DNA of 64,000 bases from Verrucomicrobiota bacterium. Its GTDB lineage: Bacteria > Verrucomicrobiota > Verrucomicrobiia > Opitutales > Seribacteraceae. Where the stretch lies: contig JAQBYT010000009.1 in assembly GCA_027622665.1 (NCBI GenBank), positions 57,271 to 121,270 of the forward strand, read 5' to 3'. Numbering within the stretch: the stretch's first letter is position 1; the number at the start of each line of letters is the position of its first letter. The position numbers were made by a program, and so were the translations under genes. Below the pieces are notes generated by a model, which was not told where the DNA came from, ran no database searches, and worked only from the letters and a program-made list of their open reading frames with translations. Below are positions 8,609 to 18,769 of this stretch, piece by piece.

Positions 8609-11600
8609 TTAGCGAGGGGGCGAGGAGTTAAACCAAGAACGTATAAGATCGGCGTTAGGTAAAAGATCAGAATTGGCGCTATCGGATTGCGGGAAGGCGG
8701 GGTAGGCAAGAATTTGTCCGCTTGCTAAGCGACCTGTTGCGAATAACCCGTCGGGAGAGAAGGCGCATGCCTCGAAGGGTGCGGACAGCTTTTCGGCAAG
8801 ATTGGCTTCTAGCTTCCCCGTTTCTGCACGCCATAGTCTCAATGCACCATCGGCAGTGGTTAGGATCCATGCATTATCCGGTGATTGCGAACAACCCCGA
8901 GGCAGGGTGTCTCCGTCCATTTTTTGTCCGTGTTTACGGAGAAAAGCTTCCAGTGTGGAGGGAAGGAGGGAGGGGGACGCGTTATACCGGGCAAGGTCGA
9001 AATAGTAATCCGGAGAGCTAGTCAGAGAACCGTCTTTTGCAACAATTCTTATAGCTTCTGCTTGCGGAACGCTTCTAATGGAGCAAAGACCCTCTTGCGT
9101 AACAACCAGTATGCGGTTTCCTTCAGGAGAATAATGTAAATCCGCTAATTCTTTTCCAGGAAGAGTAATCCTGTTGTAGCTGAGTCCGGTGGAAGTTTCG
9201 CAAAGAAGAATGCGACCGGATCGACAGGCGACGGATATCCCTTTGCCATCGCGTGCGAAACGAGCGGTTACAACATCTTCCAGTTCTACCCTCAAGTGAA
9301 GAATAAAGGCACCGTCCGAACTGCTCCAAAGGGCGGGAGGAGCACCTGGCCCGGATGTGAGAACGCGGGTTCCGTCGGGAGAAAAATCGATATTGTCGAA
9401 TCGCGCTGAATGTCCTTCAAGGAAGACGGGTTTACTTTCAGCTTCGCGTGTTCGAATTACGGCTTTACCCGCTAGTTCGCACGATGCCATAAGATTCTTT
9501 TTTGGGGAGAAAGCGACTGTGGTTACGGGAGATTTGTGATCCGAGAAGGAAGAAATCTTTTTGCCTTCCGCAAGGGAGACGAGGTGGGTGGATCCATCGC
9601 TGCAACCCGTGAAGAGCAGTTTGCCGTCGGGGGATGCCGCCAAAGCGGTTATCGCTGCTGGTAATCTTGGACCTACATTGCGTGGAGGTCTTCCCGCGAG
9701 ATCGGAAAGATAGAGTTCACCCTTGGCATTTCCGGTTAAGATGAGATCCGTTTTCGGTACACTGACTGCGCACCCTCCGGGAAGCTTTTCGGGACTACCT
9801 AATAGAAACGAGCCTGCCGGAATCGGCATTAGACGAAGTCCGAGTTCCTGTACGAGGTGAGGTTTATCAACCAGCACCTTTGTTACATTCGCTTCCGGAG
9901 AGAGATCGGGGGCGAGGGCGACTCGAAAACCTCGGTCGTCTCTCTTGACTCCGGGATCGTTTGCTCCGCGATAGGCCGACCGGCAACGGTTGAAGCCGAC
10001 ATTGAAAGAACCCCCGCGCAGGGAGCGCCAGCGTCCTTCGGTTATGAAGGGGTCCACTCCACCCGGTATTCGGCTCTTAAGCATATTTTGTTTGTTTAAC
10101 TCGACATGATCGAGACACCATTCCCAGAGGTTGCCGTGCATGTCGTGAAGGCCGTACGCATTGGCATCTTTCTCTCCGCCGGCATGGGGAGCATTATTTG
10201 AATTTTCCGAAAACCAAGCGATTTGGGCAAGGTGTTCGGAATAGGCGGTGTCGTCGTTGGGTATGGACGTGATGGAAGATCCGGCAAAGGGACCGTTTAT
10301 CCCCGCTCGGCAGGCGTACTCCCACTCGGCTTCAGTCGGGAGGCGGTATACGTACCCGTTTGCAGGAGGAAACTTTTTGTTGAGAAGCTTGCAGTATTCG
10401 GTGGCGTCGAACCAGGACGTCTTTTCGACGGGAAACTTTGGAGATTTCCGAGTGCTTGGGTTTTCTCCAACGAGTTTCTCGTATTGTTCTTGGGTTACTT
10501 CGAACTGTCCTAGCCAGAAATCCCGTGAAATCGTGGTGAAGCGTTGTGTTTCGTTGGGGAAGCGGCCAAGTTCACCGTGCAGGCTTTCGCTCCCCTTTAT
10601 TTTGCCCGAAGCGAGACGGGCGTGCCCATTCCACAGTCCAAAGGTGGCATCCTTGCCAACGGTCAGAATCGTTTCGGAATCTTCTGCGAAGCTGGCACCG
10701 GCGAGACCCGACTCGGGGTGGGGCGCAAAGCTGAGGATTTCTCTACTCGAAAGAGCTTTTGCGTGAAAAGCGAGGCGCCCCCATAACCATCCCCTCATGG
10801 CCGGGTCCGTTTTTTGTAGAATTTGATTGGCGGTTTCAAGGTTGCGGGCCTCGAGTGCCCTTCGAGCCAAACGCAGCTGGGCCAAGTATTTTTCAAGTTC
10901 GAGTAAATGTATGTTGCAGGCCAGTCTTCGGACGCGAGACATAGAGATTTCTACCAGTCCGAAATTTGGGTTTTCCCCTTTGGCCATACCGTTTCGAATG
11001 GCCGTAAGGTTTAGAGCTAGATTTCCTGACGAGCCTGTTAGCCAAATACGTTCGGAGGCTGTCTTTGTGGTTAATCCGCCTTTTTGAGGGAAGTGTATGG
11101 AGCGAATTCTCTCCACGGGCGTATTAAAGATCCCTCGCTTTGTTTTCATTTGGAGGTTTCCATCGACTAAATTGCCAATTTCGGATGCGGTGGAATCTCC
11201 GTTGACCAAATTTACGCGAGTAGTTGCTTTCTCTTCCGGGGAGGGTTCTTCGACGGGAGTATAGTCGCCTTCCCAACCGGAAATTGAGGTTTCATTTAGC
11301 CGAAGGAAGGAGCTGCCGCCTTGGTTATAGAAGGATACGGTGTTACCCATGGGAATGAATTCCTCATCTCCGTCTTTCCAACTGGCCATTTTCCGATCGT
11401 CTAGCCAAACGGCGAATTCCTTAGTCTTACGATTTCCGTAAATGCGAAAGCGTGCCGATTTCAAGCTCAGTAAATCTTGAATGACGGCCGAACCAATGGT
11501 CTCCCGAGTGAGCTGCCCCTTTTTCCGCTTGGCCACTTGTAGGTTCAACCTGTTGTTGGAAAAAGAAAAGTCGTACCCTATGCTTCCATAGCTATTGGAA

Positions 11601-12511
11601 TGGGAAGCGGGCTGATTTTCAGAAAACATCTGCACGCGAAAATAAAAAGAGCGTTCCCAGTTTGCTTCAAATTCTATTTCAATAGCATCTTTTTCGGGAA
11701 GTATCCGACTTAGACTTCCTGATGCACTCGCAACCAGTCCGCCACCCTCGTATCTCCAAGCGTTCTTACTACTGGGTTTCCAACCGGAAAATCCGTATGA
11801 GGCATCGTATAGGCTTTCGTGACTTGGAGGCAATAGGATGATCGAGGTGATTTTTTCTCTTAGTGTTTCCAAAACTCCAGCAAAGTCGGTTTTCACGGCT
11901 ACGGTCTCTGCATCGACTTTGGTCAGGTGCCCTCTTAAGCGATCTCCGTTGGTGAATTTCAGCAACACTTTGCTGCCTTTTTCGGAGGTTGGCTTTTTTT
12001 TAGGAGCGGTACGCGGGGCAAGTTCGATCGAGTCGACTGCGGAAAAGCGAAAAGACAGTGGATTGGCGGCCGATTCGTTCTCCCATTGGAGAAAACGATT
12101 GGCTGTTAGCTCAATCAATTGCCCTCTGATTTGTGAACCATCGAAGAGGCGGAGGTGGTCCGATGAGTCTATATCTTCCGATACACCTTCGGACTGGTCA
12201 GATGAAGTGGCCGCATTCCATGAAACATTTGGTGTGTTAACCACTCGAATGCGTCCCACTCCTCCTCCTTCAATCAAGATTTCGGCTTTTGCCTGAACTT
12301 GCACCGCTTGTGGTTTGACATTGAGTTGGATTCGAACGGTTTGGGCTTCCACTTTTGGATCGAGGGGAGTGGCGACCTTCAAATCGATGATCGTATTGGC
12401 TTCTGCATTTAGCTGCAGTTTCGGTGCAACTTTAACTTCTTGACCTGATGCGGTAGAAAAACTTGCATTCAGCAGAACTATTCCTGCAAGAGTTGTAGAT
12501 AATGTCGTCAT
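8609..12511 (-). CDS. Large exported multidomain protein: N-terminal beta repeats, FGE-sulfatase domain, WD40 propeller
   Basis: ATGA overlap with the upstream stop; signal peptide; L.(N/D)GD.L.G repeats; RLPTEAEWEYACRAG, DMHGNLWEWC, RGGSF, GFRVA; WD40 repeats H...V..VAFSP. Confidence 0.85.
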   Translation of the reverse strand: MTTLSTTLAGIVLLNASFSTASGQEVKVAPKLQLNAEANTIIDLKVATPLDPKVEAQTVRIQLNVKPQAVQVQAKAEILIEGGGVGRIRVVNTPNVSWNAATSSDQSEGVSEDIDSSDHLRLFDGSQIRGQLIELTANRFLQWENESAANPLSFRFSAVDSIELAPRTAPKKKPTSEKGSKVLLKFTNGDRLRGHLTKVDAETVAVKTDFAGVLETLREKITSIILLPPSHESLYDASYGFSGWKPSSKNAWRYEGGGLVASASGSLSRILPEKDAIEIEFEANWERSFYFRVQMFSENQPASHSNSYGSIGYDFSFSNNRLNLQVAKRKKGQLTRETIGSAVIQDLLSLKSARFRIYGNRKTKEFAVWLDDRKMASWKDGDEEFIPMGNTVSFYNQGGSSFLRLNETSISGWEGDYTPVEEPSPEEKATTRVNLVNGDSTASEIGNLVDGNLQMKTKRGIFNTPVERIRSIHFPQKGGLTTKTASERIWLTGSSGNLALNLTAIRNGMAKGENPNFGLVEISMSRVRRLACNIHLLELEKYLAQLRLARRALEARNLETANQILQKTDPAMRGWLWGRLAFHAKALSSREILSFAPHPESGLAGASFAEDSETILTVGKDATFGLWNGHARLASGKIKGSESLHGELGRFPNETQRFTTISRDFWLGQFEVTQEQYEKLVGENPSTRKSPKFPVEKTSWFDATEYCKLLNKKFPPANGYVYRLPTEAEWEYACRAGINGPFAGSSITSIPNDDTAYSEHLAQIAWFSENSNNAPHAGGEKDANAYGLHDMHGNLWEWCLDHVELNKQNMLKSRIPGGVDPFITEGRWRSLRGGSFNVGFNRCRSAYRGANDPGVKRDDRGFRVALAPDLSPEANVTKVLVDKPHLVQELGLRLMPIPAGSFLLGSPEKLPGGCAVSVPKTDLILTGNAKGELYLSDLAGRPPRNVGPRLPAAITALAASPDGKLLFTGCSDGSTHLVSLAEGKKISSFSDHKSPVTTVAFSPKKNLMASCELAGKAVIRTREAESKPVFLEGHSARFDNIDFSPDGTRVLTSGPGAPPALWSSSDGAFILHLRVELEDVVTARFARDGKGISVACRSGRILLCETSTGLSYNRITLPGKELADLHYSPEGNRILVVTQEGLCSIRSVPQAEAIRIVAKDGSLTSSPDYYFDLARYNASPSLLPSTLEAFLRKHGQKMDGDTLPRGCSQSPDNAWILTTADGALRLWRAETGKLEANLAEKLSAPFEACAFSPDGLFATGRLASGQILAYPAFPQSDSANSDLLPNADLIRSWFNSSPPR

Positions 12512-13503
12512 CTTTCGTAAATCGGTAGATACCTGTAGTTTAGTGCTAGCGATAGTAGAGCAGCCGAAGTGGAGAAGGCTTTTCCGTAATTCCCGTTCCA
12601 ACTGCCGTCGTCGGATTGGGTGGCAAGAAGTTGTTTTACGTTTTTGGAATTCCAGACCCGCCAGAGAGAGGGGTCTGCTCGGAAGACTGCTTGGGATGTG
12701 TAGTAAAGGCTATAGAACTTGTGGCCTTGGCCGTCATGCGCGGCATTTTCCATTAGGTATTTAACGGACTGTTTGTAAGCTTTTGAATCGGTGTCCTTGG
12801 ATAGAGCCAATACGAGGCATCCTATGGCTGATCGAGGTTGGTTGGGACCGCTTGTGGAAGTGTATCCGAAGCCGCCGCTAGAATCTTGGCAGGAGACAAA
12901 AAAATTGATGGCTTTTTCAATTGCGGGTTCGGGGACGGATAGTCCAGCATTTCTGGCGGCAAACAAAGCCACCATCTGGGCACCGGAAACTGTGGTGTCC
13001 GCATCCTTACTTTCAGGACCGTATCGCCAAGCGCCCTTTGTATTGCCTTTCTGTGATCCCAAGATCAGATCGGTTGCCTTTTGTAGCGCGGGACCCAGTC
13101 GGAGGTCGTTGGTTATACCGTAGGCTTCCGCCAAGGCGAGAGTGGCGAATCCGTGATTGTACATGGAAGAGCCAATATAGCCGGTTTTCTTGTCTTGGCG
13201 GGCAAGGATGTAGTCCAGAGAACGTTTCACGGTTATTCGATAGGGACCGAACTCGGGATCATCCCCACGGGCGAGTAAAGCCAAGGTCGCCAGACCCACG
13301 ACCCCTGCTTCGGAACCGTAGGAATTATCAGACCAGTTGCCACCGTCCGTTTGGCTCTTGGCAAGGTATCCCAGGCCTTGTTTGTACATCCGGTCGATTT
13401 GTCGTACGAGATCGTCATTGGCTTCCTCGAACAATTCCTGCGCCCGGAGGGAATTGCCGGCAAGAACAGCCAATAGGAAAACCGAAGTAAGAAAGCTTTT
13501 CAC
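12508..13503 (-). CDS. Prenyltransferase/squalene-oxidase repeat (alpha6/alpha6 barrel) protein, secreted
   Basis: QW-like repeats YLAKSQ.DGGNW and LLATQSDDGSW; MYNHGFATLALAE; no DXDD cyclase motif. Confidence 0.85.
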   Translation of the reverse strand: MKSFLTSVFLLAVLAGNSLRAQELFEEANDDLVRQIDRMYKQGLGYLAKSQTDGGNWSDNSYGSEAGVVGLATLALLARGDDPEFGPYRITVKRSLDYILARQDKKTGYIGSSMYNHGFATLALAEAYGITNDLRLGPALQKATDLILGSQKGNTKGAWRYGPESKDADTTVSGAQMVALFAARNAGLSVPEPAIEKAINFFVSCQDSSGGFGYTSTSGPNQPRSAIGCLVLALSKDTDSKAYKQSVKYLMENAAHDGQGHKFYSLYYTSQAVFRADPSLWRVWNSKNVKQLLATQSDDGSWNGNYGKAFSTSAALLSLALNYRYLPIYER

Positions 13504-13508
13504 GATTG

Positions 13509-16500
13509 TTATTCCTCGATTTGTCGGAAGTAGTTTTCCATGGCTCTGCGAAACTCTGGAGGAGGAACTCCCGAAGCTCCCCCTGCCTGTTGGGTTTTCC
13601 GGTTCCCGGGGGCAATGCCATCTGCATTACCCGTAGTGTTGTCGTGTTCTTGGTCCGTATCGCCGCCCTGTTGGCTGCCGCCACCCGTTTGTCCAGGCAT
13701 CATCCCTTTGCCTTGCCCTGGTTTTCCGCTCGAAAGTTGGCTAAGGAGGAACTGTAGAGCTTGCGAGTTTCCGGAGGATGCCCCTTGGGAGCCGGATTGA
13801 GCGGCTTCTATGAGAAGATTTATGAGGTCGCTTACGGTGTCACGGGATTGTGTTTGAGCGAGGGTGGTCGTACTTCCGAACTCTTCTTTCTCCAACCCCG
13901 CGGCGGAAGTTGCCATGTAGGTGTGTGCATCGTCAAAAACGGGATTGATCTCCTCGATCGCCATTTCCACTTGGACCTCGGTGAGATCGGTCATCAATTC
14001 CCTCTGGTTTTGGCCGAGAATAAGTGAACGATCCTTACGAACCTCTTCTTTGAAATGATCTACGAGCAACTTGGTCTTACCGAGAATAGCCTTTTGTTTT
14101 TCGCGGATACGAAGAAGGGCTACGAGCTGTGCGGTGAGATCTTTGGCCTCGCCACCGCCACCACCACCGCCACCGCCACCGCCACCGTCATTCTCTTCTT
14201 CAAGCATGTCGGCCCATTCCTCAAAGCGTTCGGCCCAGTGATCCAGATTCTCGAGTGCGGCAAAAGCGACGTTTTTTCGAATGAGGGTTGATCCGGCTCG
14301 CAAGCCATCAATAGCACCTTCCTCTTCCATTCGCTTGCCAACTTCTCCATAGTTTTTACGGCCTGTTCTTTCGTGAAAGCGGCTTATTTCTCCTTGTAGA
14401 AGTTCGGTTTCAATATGAGCCTCATGCTGGGTGTTTTCCAGTTCGCCCTGCATCTGGAGTTGCTTCTCAGGTAAAGTGTTCGCGTGCTGTCCGATGGTGT
14501 CCGGCAATTGGGAAACAAGAACTTCGCCAAGTCGATTCTCGGTTTTCTGGACCTGCCGCAACCGCTGGGCGAGGGTGAGCGCCTCCAGATCGTCAAGTTG
14601 TTCGTTTGCTTGCTCCAGTATCTCCCTCAAGTTTTCCAGCGCTTCTTGTTCGGATTGTTCCGCTTTGGAAAGACTGGGCTTGGCGGAAGAGGGGTTTGCC
14701 TTGGCTTCTTCGATTTTGCTTGCCGCTTGAGCCATCTCACCCGATGCGACATCTTCCATTTTCCTCATGGTTTCACTCCATCGTTTAAGCGTTTCCTCGT
14801 CGAAAAGTGGATTGCGTAGAGCCTCTCGAAGGGCTTCGGCACCCTCTTCTGCCGCATCGCGAAGATGCCGAGCATTGTCTCTTTGCGATTCAGCTAAGTT
14901 TTCCAATGCCTTATCCGATTGTCGTTCGTCGAGTTCATCGAAAGCCTCATCGGAGAGTCGTACATTTTCCAGCATGATACCTTCCTCTTCCCTGGCGATT
15001 TCGGAAACTTGGGCTAAGATATCTTCCATCCTTCGACGAACTGCCTCGGCATGCTCTTCGGGTCCTACGACATGAAGGATGATCTCTCTGGAGGTGGAAA
15101 ACTCTCGGTCGGGAACCCGGTCGATGGCCTTGGCGGTAAGTATAGCGACGTCTCCGCGCTTGAGTCCGAGAAAGGAAGGGTCAAAGGGGAAGTCGAGATC
15201 CAGAGTTTTGGCATCGGCGACATGTTCCTCCTTCTTTGACAGTCGGTCGGGTTTGTGGCTTTGTCCATCGCTTGATTGAACTGCGAGTTGGAGTTCCAAC
15301 TGCGCAACACCGTAATCGTCTTTTGCGATGACTCGAAGATCCAAGGTTTCAGTCTCTAGAATCGCACTTTCTCCAGGTAGGTTCTCGAAATCAACCCTTG
15401 GCGCTTCGTCCGGTATGGAGTTCACTGTAAGCGCAGTTGGCGTGGCGGCGGAAAGACCGAAAATATCCGTGAACCTAATCTGCACGTCCAAGGATTCTTC
15501 GACAATGCTCAGCTCGGCTGTGAAAGTTTCCTTGTCTGTCACAACATCGAAATGGGTACTTTTTGTTCGAACGCCAACTCGAACGACGGGTCTATTTGAG
15601 ACACCTTCCAAAGTGAGGTTAGTGCCTTCCAGAACCTTTGTTCGCGTGCCTTCAATGGTCTTTCGCTCTCTTGAATAACCTAAATATTCCGGGAGTTTGA
15701 CGATGGCTTCCAGTCGTTCGATGCGCGGACGTTCCAATGGCGTAATCTGAAGAATTGCTCGCGCGTCTCCCACTTCCAGTGCCCAATCTCTGGCCTCGAA
15801 TTGTCCGGGCAGGATGAATTCGTACAGGAGGCCGTTTCTTTTTGCCGAAAACTCTTGGCCCGTCGGGGAGATGAGGATGGCTTCGTTGGGTTTACGGCGA
15901 GAATCCTTGGACAGAATGCAGCGCAAGGGCACTGGTTCGCCACGGGCACAGAAAGTCTGAGCCGGAACCCATGCCGGCGTGGTTAGAGTAAGGCGAGGGG
16001 AGTCATTCCACGGCACGGCCCAGCGTTGCCATGCATTGAGAGCGATATCTGGTAGCGTCAACGCGATGATTCCCGTAAGCAAAGCAGCCCCGGCGCAGCA
16101 CGAGAGAGCCCGTCTTGCCGGTCGAACGTCTACTGCTTCATTCAGTTCCAGTCGGCTAATTTCTTGCTCCACTTTTTTAGCGGCTGCTTCGAAAAGCGCC
16201 TCGGAATGCCGAATTTCGTCCGGGCCACGACGAGCGAGTTCGAGGACCCCTAGGAAACGATCGCCGGGACCGCCGAATTTGTTCCGAACTAATTTGGCGA
16301 GATGGATTTCCGATTGCGGGAGGAGAATGCCACCACGATACCATGCAAAAAGCATTAAGGTGGTTCCCACCCACCCAGCTCCTGCTAGAAAAATGCGGAC
16401 TAGGCCGGGCGTGTCCCATAAGCGGTCGCTGGCAAATAAAACTAACCAGGAGCACAGCAAACACGCGGCAATGGCACCTGCTCCGCGGGTGTGGGCGAGC

Positions 16501-16583
16501 TTGCCAACTCTTGCCCCCAAGCTGATGGTTGCTCGCCGAAGGCTTTCCGGTAGCGGTGTTGGTCTGTCGCTGCTTGGCTTCAT
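13509..16583 (-). CDS. Membrane-anchored coiled-coil protein, DUF4175-like
   Basis: Three N-terminal TM segments, Ig-like region with AKDDYGV, long E/Q coiled coil, C-terminal VPPEFR...ENYF. Confidence 0.75.
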   Translation of the reverse strand: MKPSSDRPTPLPESLRRATISLGARVGKLAHTRGAGAIAACLLCSWLVLFASDRLWDTPGLVRIFLAGAGWVGTTLMLFAWYRGGILLPQSEIHLAKLVRNKFGGPGDRFLGVLELARRGPDEIRHSEALFEAAAKKVEQEISRLELNEAVDVRPARRALSCCAGAALLTGIIALTLPDIALNAWQRWAVPWNDSPRLTLTTPAWVPAQTFCARGEPVPLRCILSKDSRRKPNEAILISPTGQEFSAKRNGLLYEFILPGQFEARDWALEVGDARAILQITPLERPRIERLEAIVKLPEYLGYSRERKTIEGTRTKVLEGTNLTLEGVSNRPVVRVGVRTKSTHFDVVTDKETFTAELSIVEESLDVQIRFTDIFGLSAATPTALTVNSIPDEAPRVDFENLPGESAILETETLDLRVIAKDDYGVAQLELQLAVQSSDGQSHKPDRLSKKEEHVADAKTLDLDFPFDPSFLGLKRGDVAILTAKAIDRVPDREFSTSREIILHVVGPEEHAEAVRRRMEDILAQVSEIAREEEGIMLENVRLSDEAFDELDERQSDKALENLAESQRDNARHLRDAAEEGAEALREALRNPLFDEETLKRWSETMRKMEDVASGEMAQAASKIEEAKANPSSAKPSLSKAEQSEQEALENLREILEQANEQLDDLEALTLAQRLRQVQKTENRLGEVLVSQLPDTIGQHANTLPEKQLQMQGELENTQHEAHIETELLQGEISRFHERTGRKNYGEVGKRMEEEGAIDGLRAGSTLIRKNVAFAALENLDHWAERFEEWADMLEEENDGGGGGGGGGGGGEAKDLTAQLVALLRIREKQKAILGKTKLLVDHFKEEVRKDRSLILGQNQRELMTDLTEVQVEMAIEEINPVFDDAHTYMATSAAGLEKEEFGSTTTLAQTQSRDTVSDLINLLIEAAQSGSQGASSGNSQALQFLLSQLSSGKPGQGKGMMPGQTGGGSQQGGDTDQEHDNTTGNADGIAPGNRKTQQAGGASGVPPPEFRRAMENYFRQIEE

Positions 16584-16585
16584 GG

Positions 16586-18769
16586 CTAAATCATTCCTGT
16601 GAATTTCCGGCCAGTCCAGTAAATTGCAAGCAATCCGCAAAGGAATAATCCCCAGTTGAGATCGGTTCGTAGTCGATGTATTCGTTCCAGAGGATCGGGG
16701 GCAGGCAGGGCGGCTATGGATTGAACGATGCTTTCTAGATTTTCGGAGAGGCCGTACTTCCCGCCAGTGAGTCTTGCCAGTTCGCGAAGATCGCCTGTCC
16801 GCGCCGGCCGGCCAAGCCGTTCCAGACCATGACTTTCCGCATGCAAGTTGGTTTCCAAGAAACGATTGGCTTTTGTAACTTCCGTTCTGATTCTAATCGT
16901 GCCGGATTGACGAGTCCGAAAGGTTGCGAGAAAGACGCCATCTCCTTCCGGAGCAGGTTCGTAAAAGATTCTTTCGGTTTCCCCTCCGGGGTGCTCAACC
17001 ATACTTTCTACAGGGCCATCTTTAAGGGGAAAACCGTCTTTATCCAAGACGATGCAGCGCAGGTAGACGTTTTCGCCTGTCTTTGGCCTTTCCGGGCTGT
17101 GGATGACTTTCATCCCATCTCCTTCCGACAGATGCCGTCCATGGGCCATCCATCGGGCTATCTGGCTCCAGAAACGATAGTGGTATTTGTCTTCGACGCC
17201 TCGACGCCATCGCCATGCGGAGTCGCTTCCGAGGTAGAGGGTTTTGCCCGCGCCGACATAGCGAATGGCCAACACTGGCATCCGTCCCCATTCGTTTCTA
17301 AAGATCGAGTGTACTGCAAGTACTTCGGATCCCGGCCGACTCTTGAGAGCCGCGGCGGACCAATGAAACCCAGGGAGTCGTTCCCAGAATCGAAGATCTG
17401 GTTCACCCGCGCCTCTTAGCGTGGTTAGCCAGTGATTGCGTCCTTTTGTGGTAAGCGTGATAGCCGAAGAGTTGGAAGTGCCCACCCCTCTGGGTTTGGC
17501 AGGGTCGAAGGCGACGGGGATAAGGTCTCCCAATGGGCTGTCGGCAAGACTAGTTTGACGCCCTCGCCGTCCGGGAAGAAAAATTACCCCGGAGGCATGC
17601 AGGCGGACAAGGTTGGCCAATGCCTCGCAGTTGTCTTCACTCAATTCTCCTTCCTCAAGTCCAATGTCCCCAATGAATACTACGTCGTAAGGGGCCAGTT
17701 CTTCGGGGGAGTCGGGGAATTCTCTAAGGTATCCACGACCGTTGCCGGGATTCATTCCCGGGTGGAGAAGAATGCAGTTCATGTCGACTCGTGGGTCGCG
17801 TTCAAGAGCGTTGCGTAGAAATCGATATTCCCACCTTGGGAACGAATCTACGATCAGGGCCTTGAGTACCTTGCTTTCGATCCGTGTCTCGAGTTCTCTG
17901 AAATTGTTTTCGATTATGCTTTCTCCCGGTTGCCCTTCCACTTCTGCCCGTAAACTTATCTCCCCCTTCATGGAAGGCAGCCAGGATATGGTTCCGCTCA
18001 CCTCTTCGCCAGTGGGCAAGATTATCGGTTTTACCGCCACTTGCTCGTCGTTTCCCATCAGCCTCAAGGTCGTTTCGATCCGCTCGGGGAAGGTGTTCGA
18101 AATACGGTAACTAACGGTCAGGCGTTCACCGAGGAGAGCGAAGGAGGGGGCGGTGAAATCCTCGAGAACGAGATCGGGCAGAGGTTTGTCTCTGCCGACT
18201 CGAACAACGTATGTGGGGACACCTAATGCTCGGCAACGACCTGCGAGAGACAGTGGGGATGGACCTGTGTTTACGTCTCCGTCGGTGAAGTATAGAGCGG
18301 CCTTAAGATTTGAAATACGATCAAGCCCTTCCTTCAAAGGAAGCGAGAGGTCGGTTGCTTCGCTGCCGCTTGCGGAAGAAAAGGGGAGTTCCGAAACAAT
18401 GGCCGTCTTTTCGAGTTCGGAACGCCAAGGTTGAGTCAGTGATTTTTTCACCCAATCCGAACGGGTTATTGTCGTTCCGTTGGCGTCTTTTACATCGCGC
18501 GTATTCATGCTGGCAGAAGTGTCCGACAGCAGAAGTATTTGGGGTTCGGAATCCCTTTCTATACGTTCGACACGTTCAGGGTTAGCTAGCGTGACCAAAA
18601 TCAAACTCACGACAATGAACCTCAGGGCTTCCAGCCATGCTATGGATCTTTTTCTACCTGATCGAATCCAAGTAAGGATGCAAAGCCGGAGGCAGATGAC
18701 CATAACGGCAATCACCACCAAGACTACCGGCCAAGACCAATCTAGGCGCCATTCGGAAAAATCGATCAA
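16586..18769 (-). CDS. Membrane protein with vWA and class I glutamine-amidotransferase-like domains
   Basis: TTGA overlap; MIDAS DTSASM...TDG; PRWEYRFLRNALERD; YDVVFIGD; WRWR; FWSQIARW; C-terminal TM. Confidence 0.8.
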   Translation of the reverse strand: MIDFSEWRLDWSWPVVLVVIAVMVICLRLCILTWIRSGRKRSIAWLEALRFIVVSLILVTLANPERVERIERDSEPQILLLSDTSASMNTRDVKDANGTTITRSDWVKKSLTQPWRSELEKTAIVSELPFSSASGSEATDLSLPLKEGLDRISNLKAALYFTDGDVNTGPSPLSLAGRCRALGVPTYVVRVGRDKPLPDLVLEDFTAPSFALLGERLTVSYRISNTFPERIETTLRLMGNDEQVAVKPIILPTGEEVSGTISWLPSMKGEISLRAEVEGQPGESIIENNFRELETRIESKVLKALIVDSFPRWEYRFLRNALERDPRVDMNCILLHPGMNPGNGRGYLREFPDSPEELAPYDVVFIGDIGLEEGELSEDNCEALANLVRLHASGVIFLPGRRGRQTSLADSPLGDLIPVAFDPAKPRGVGTSNSSAITLTTKGRNHWLTTLRGAGEPDLRFWERLPGFHWSAAALKSRPGSEVLAVHSIFRNEWGRMPVLAIRYVGAGKTLYLGSDSAWRWRRGVEDKYHYRFWSQIARWMAHGRHLSEGDGMKVIHSPERPKTGENVYLRCIVLDKDGFPLKDGPVESMVEHPGGETERIFYEPAPEGDGVFLATFRTRQSGTIRIRTEVTKANRFLETNLHAESHGLERLGRPARTGDLRELARLTGGKYGLSENLESIVQSIAALPAPDPLERIHRLRTDLNWGLFLCGLLAIYWTGRKFTGMI

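Noticed and set aside
2321..10576. Diversity-generating retroelement (FGE fragment as template, 8609 protein as target)
   Set aside because: No reverse transcriptase in the window. The two FGE segments differ at many non-adenine positions, and the fragment does not cover the usual C-terminal variable region.
14149..14187. Poly-Gly GGC/GGT run as a contingency repeat
   Set aside because: In-frame mixed codons in a linker; ordinary for this protein type.
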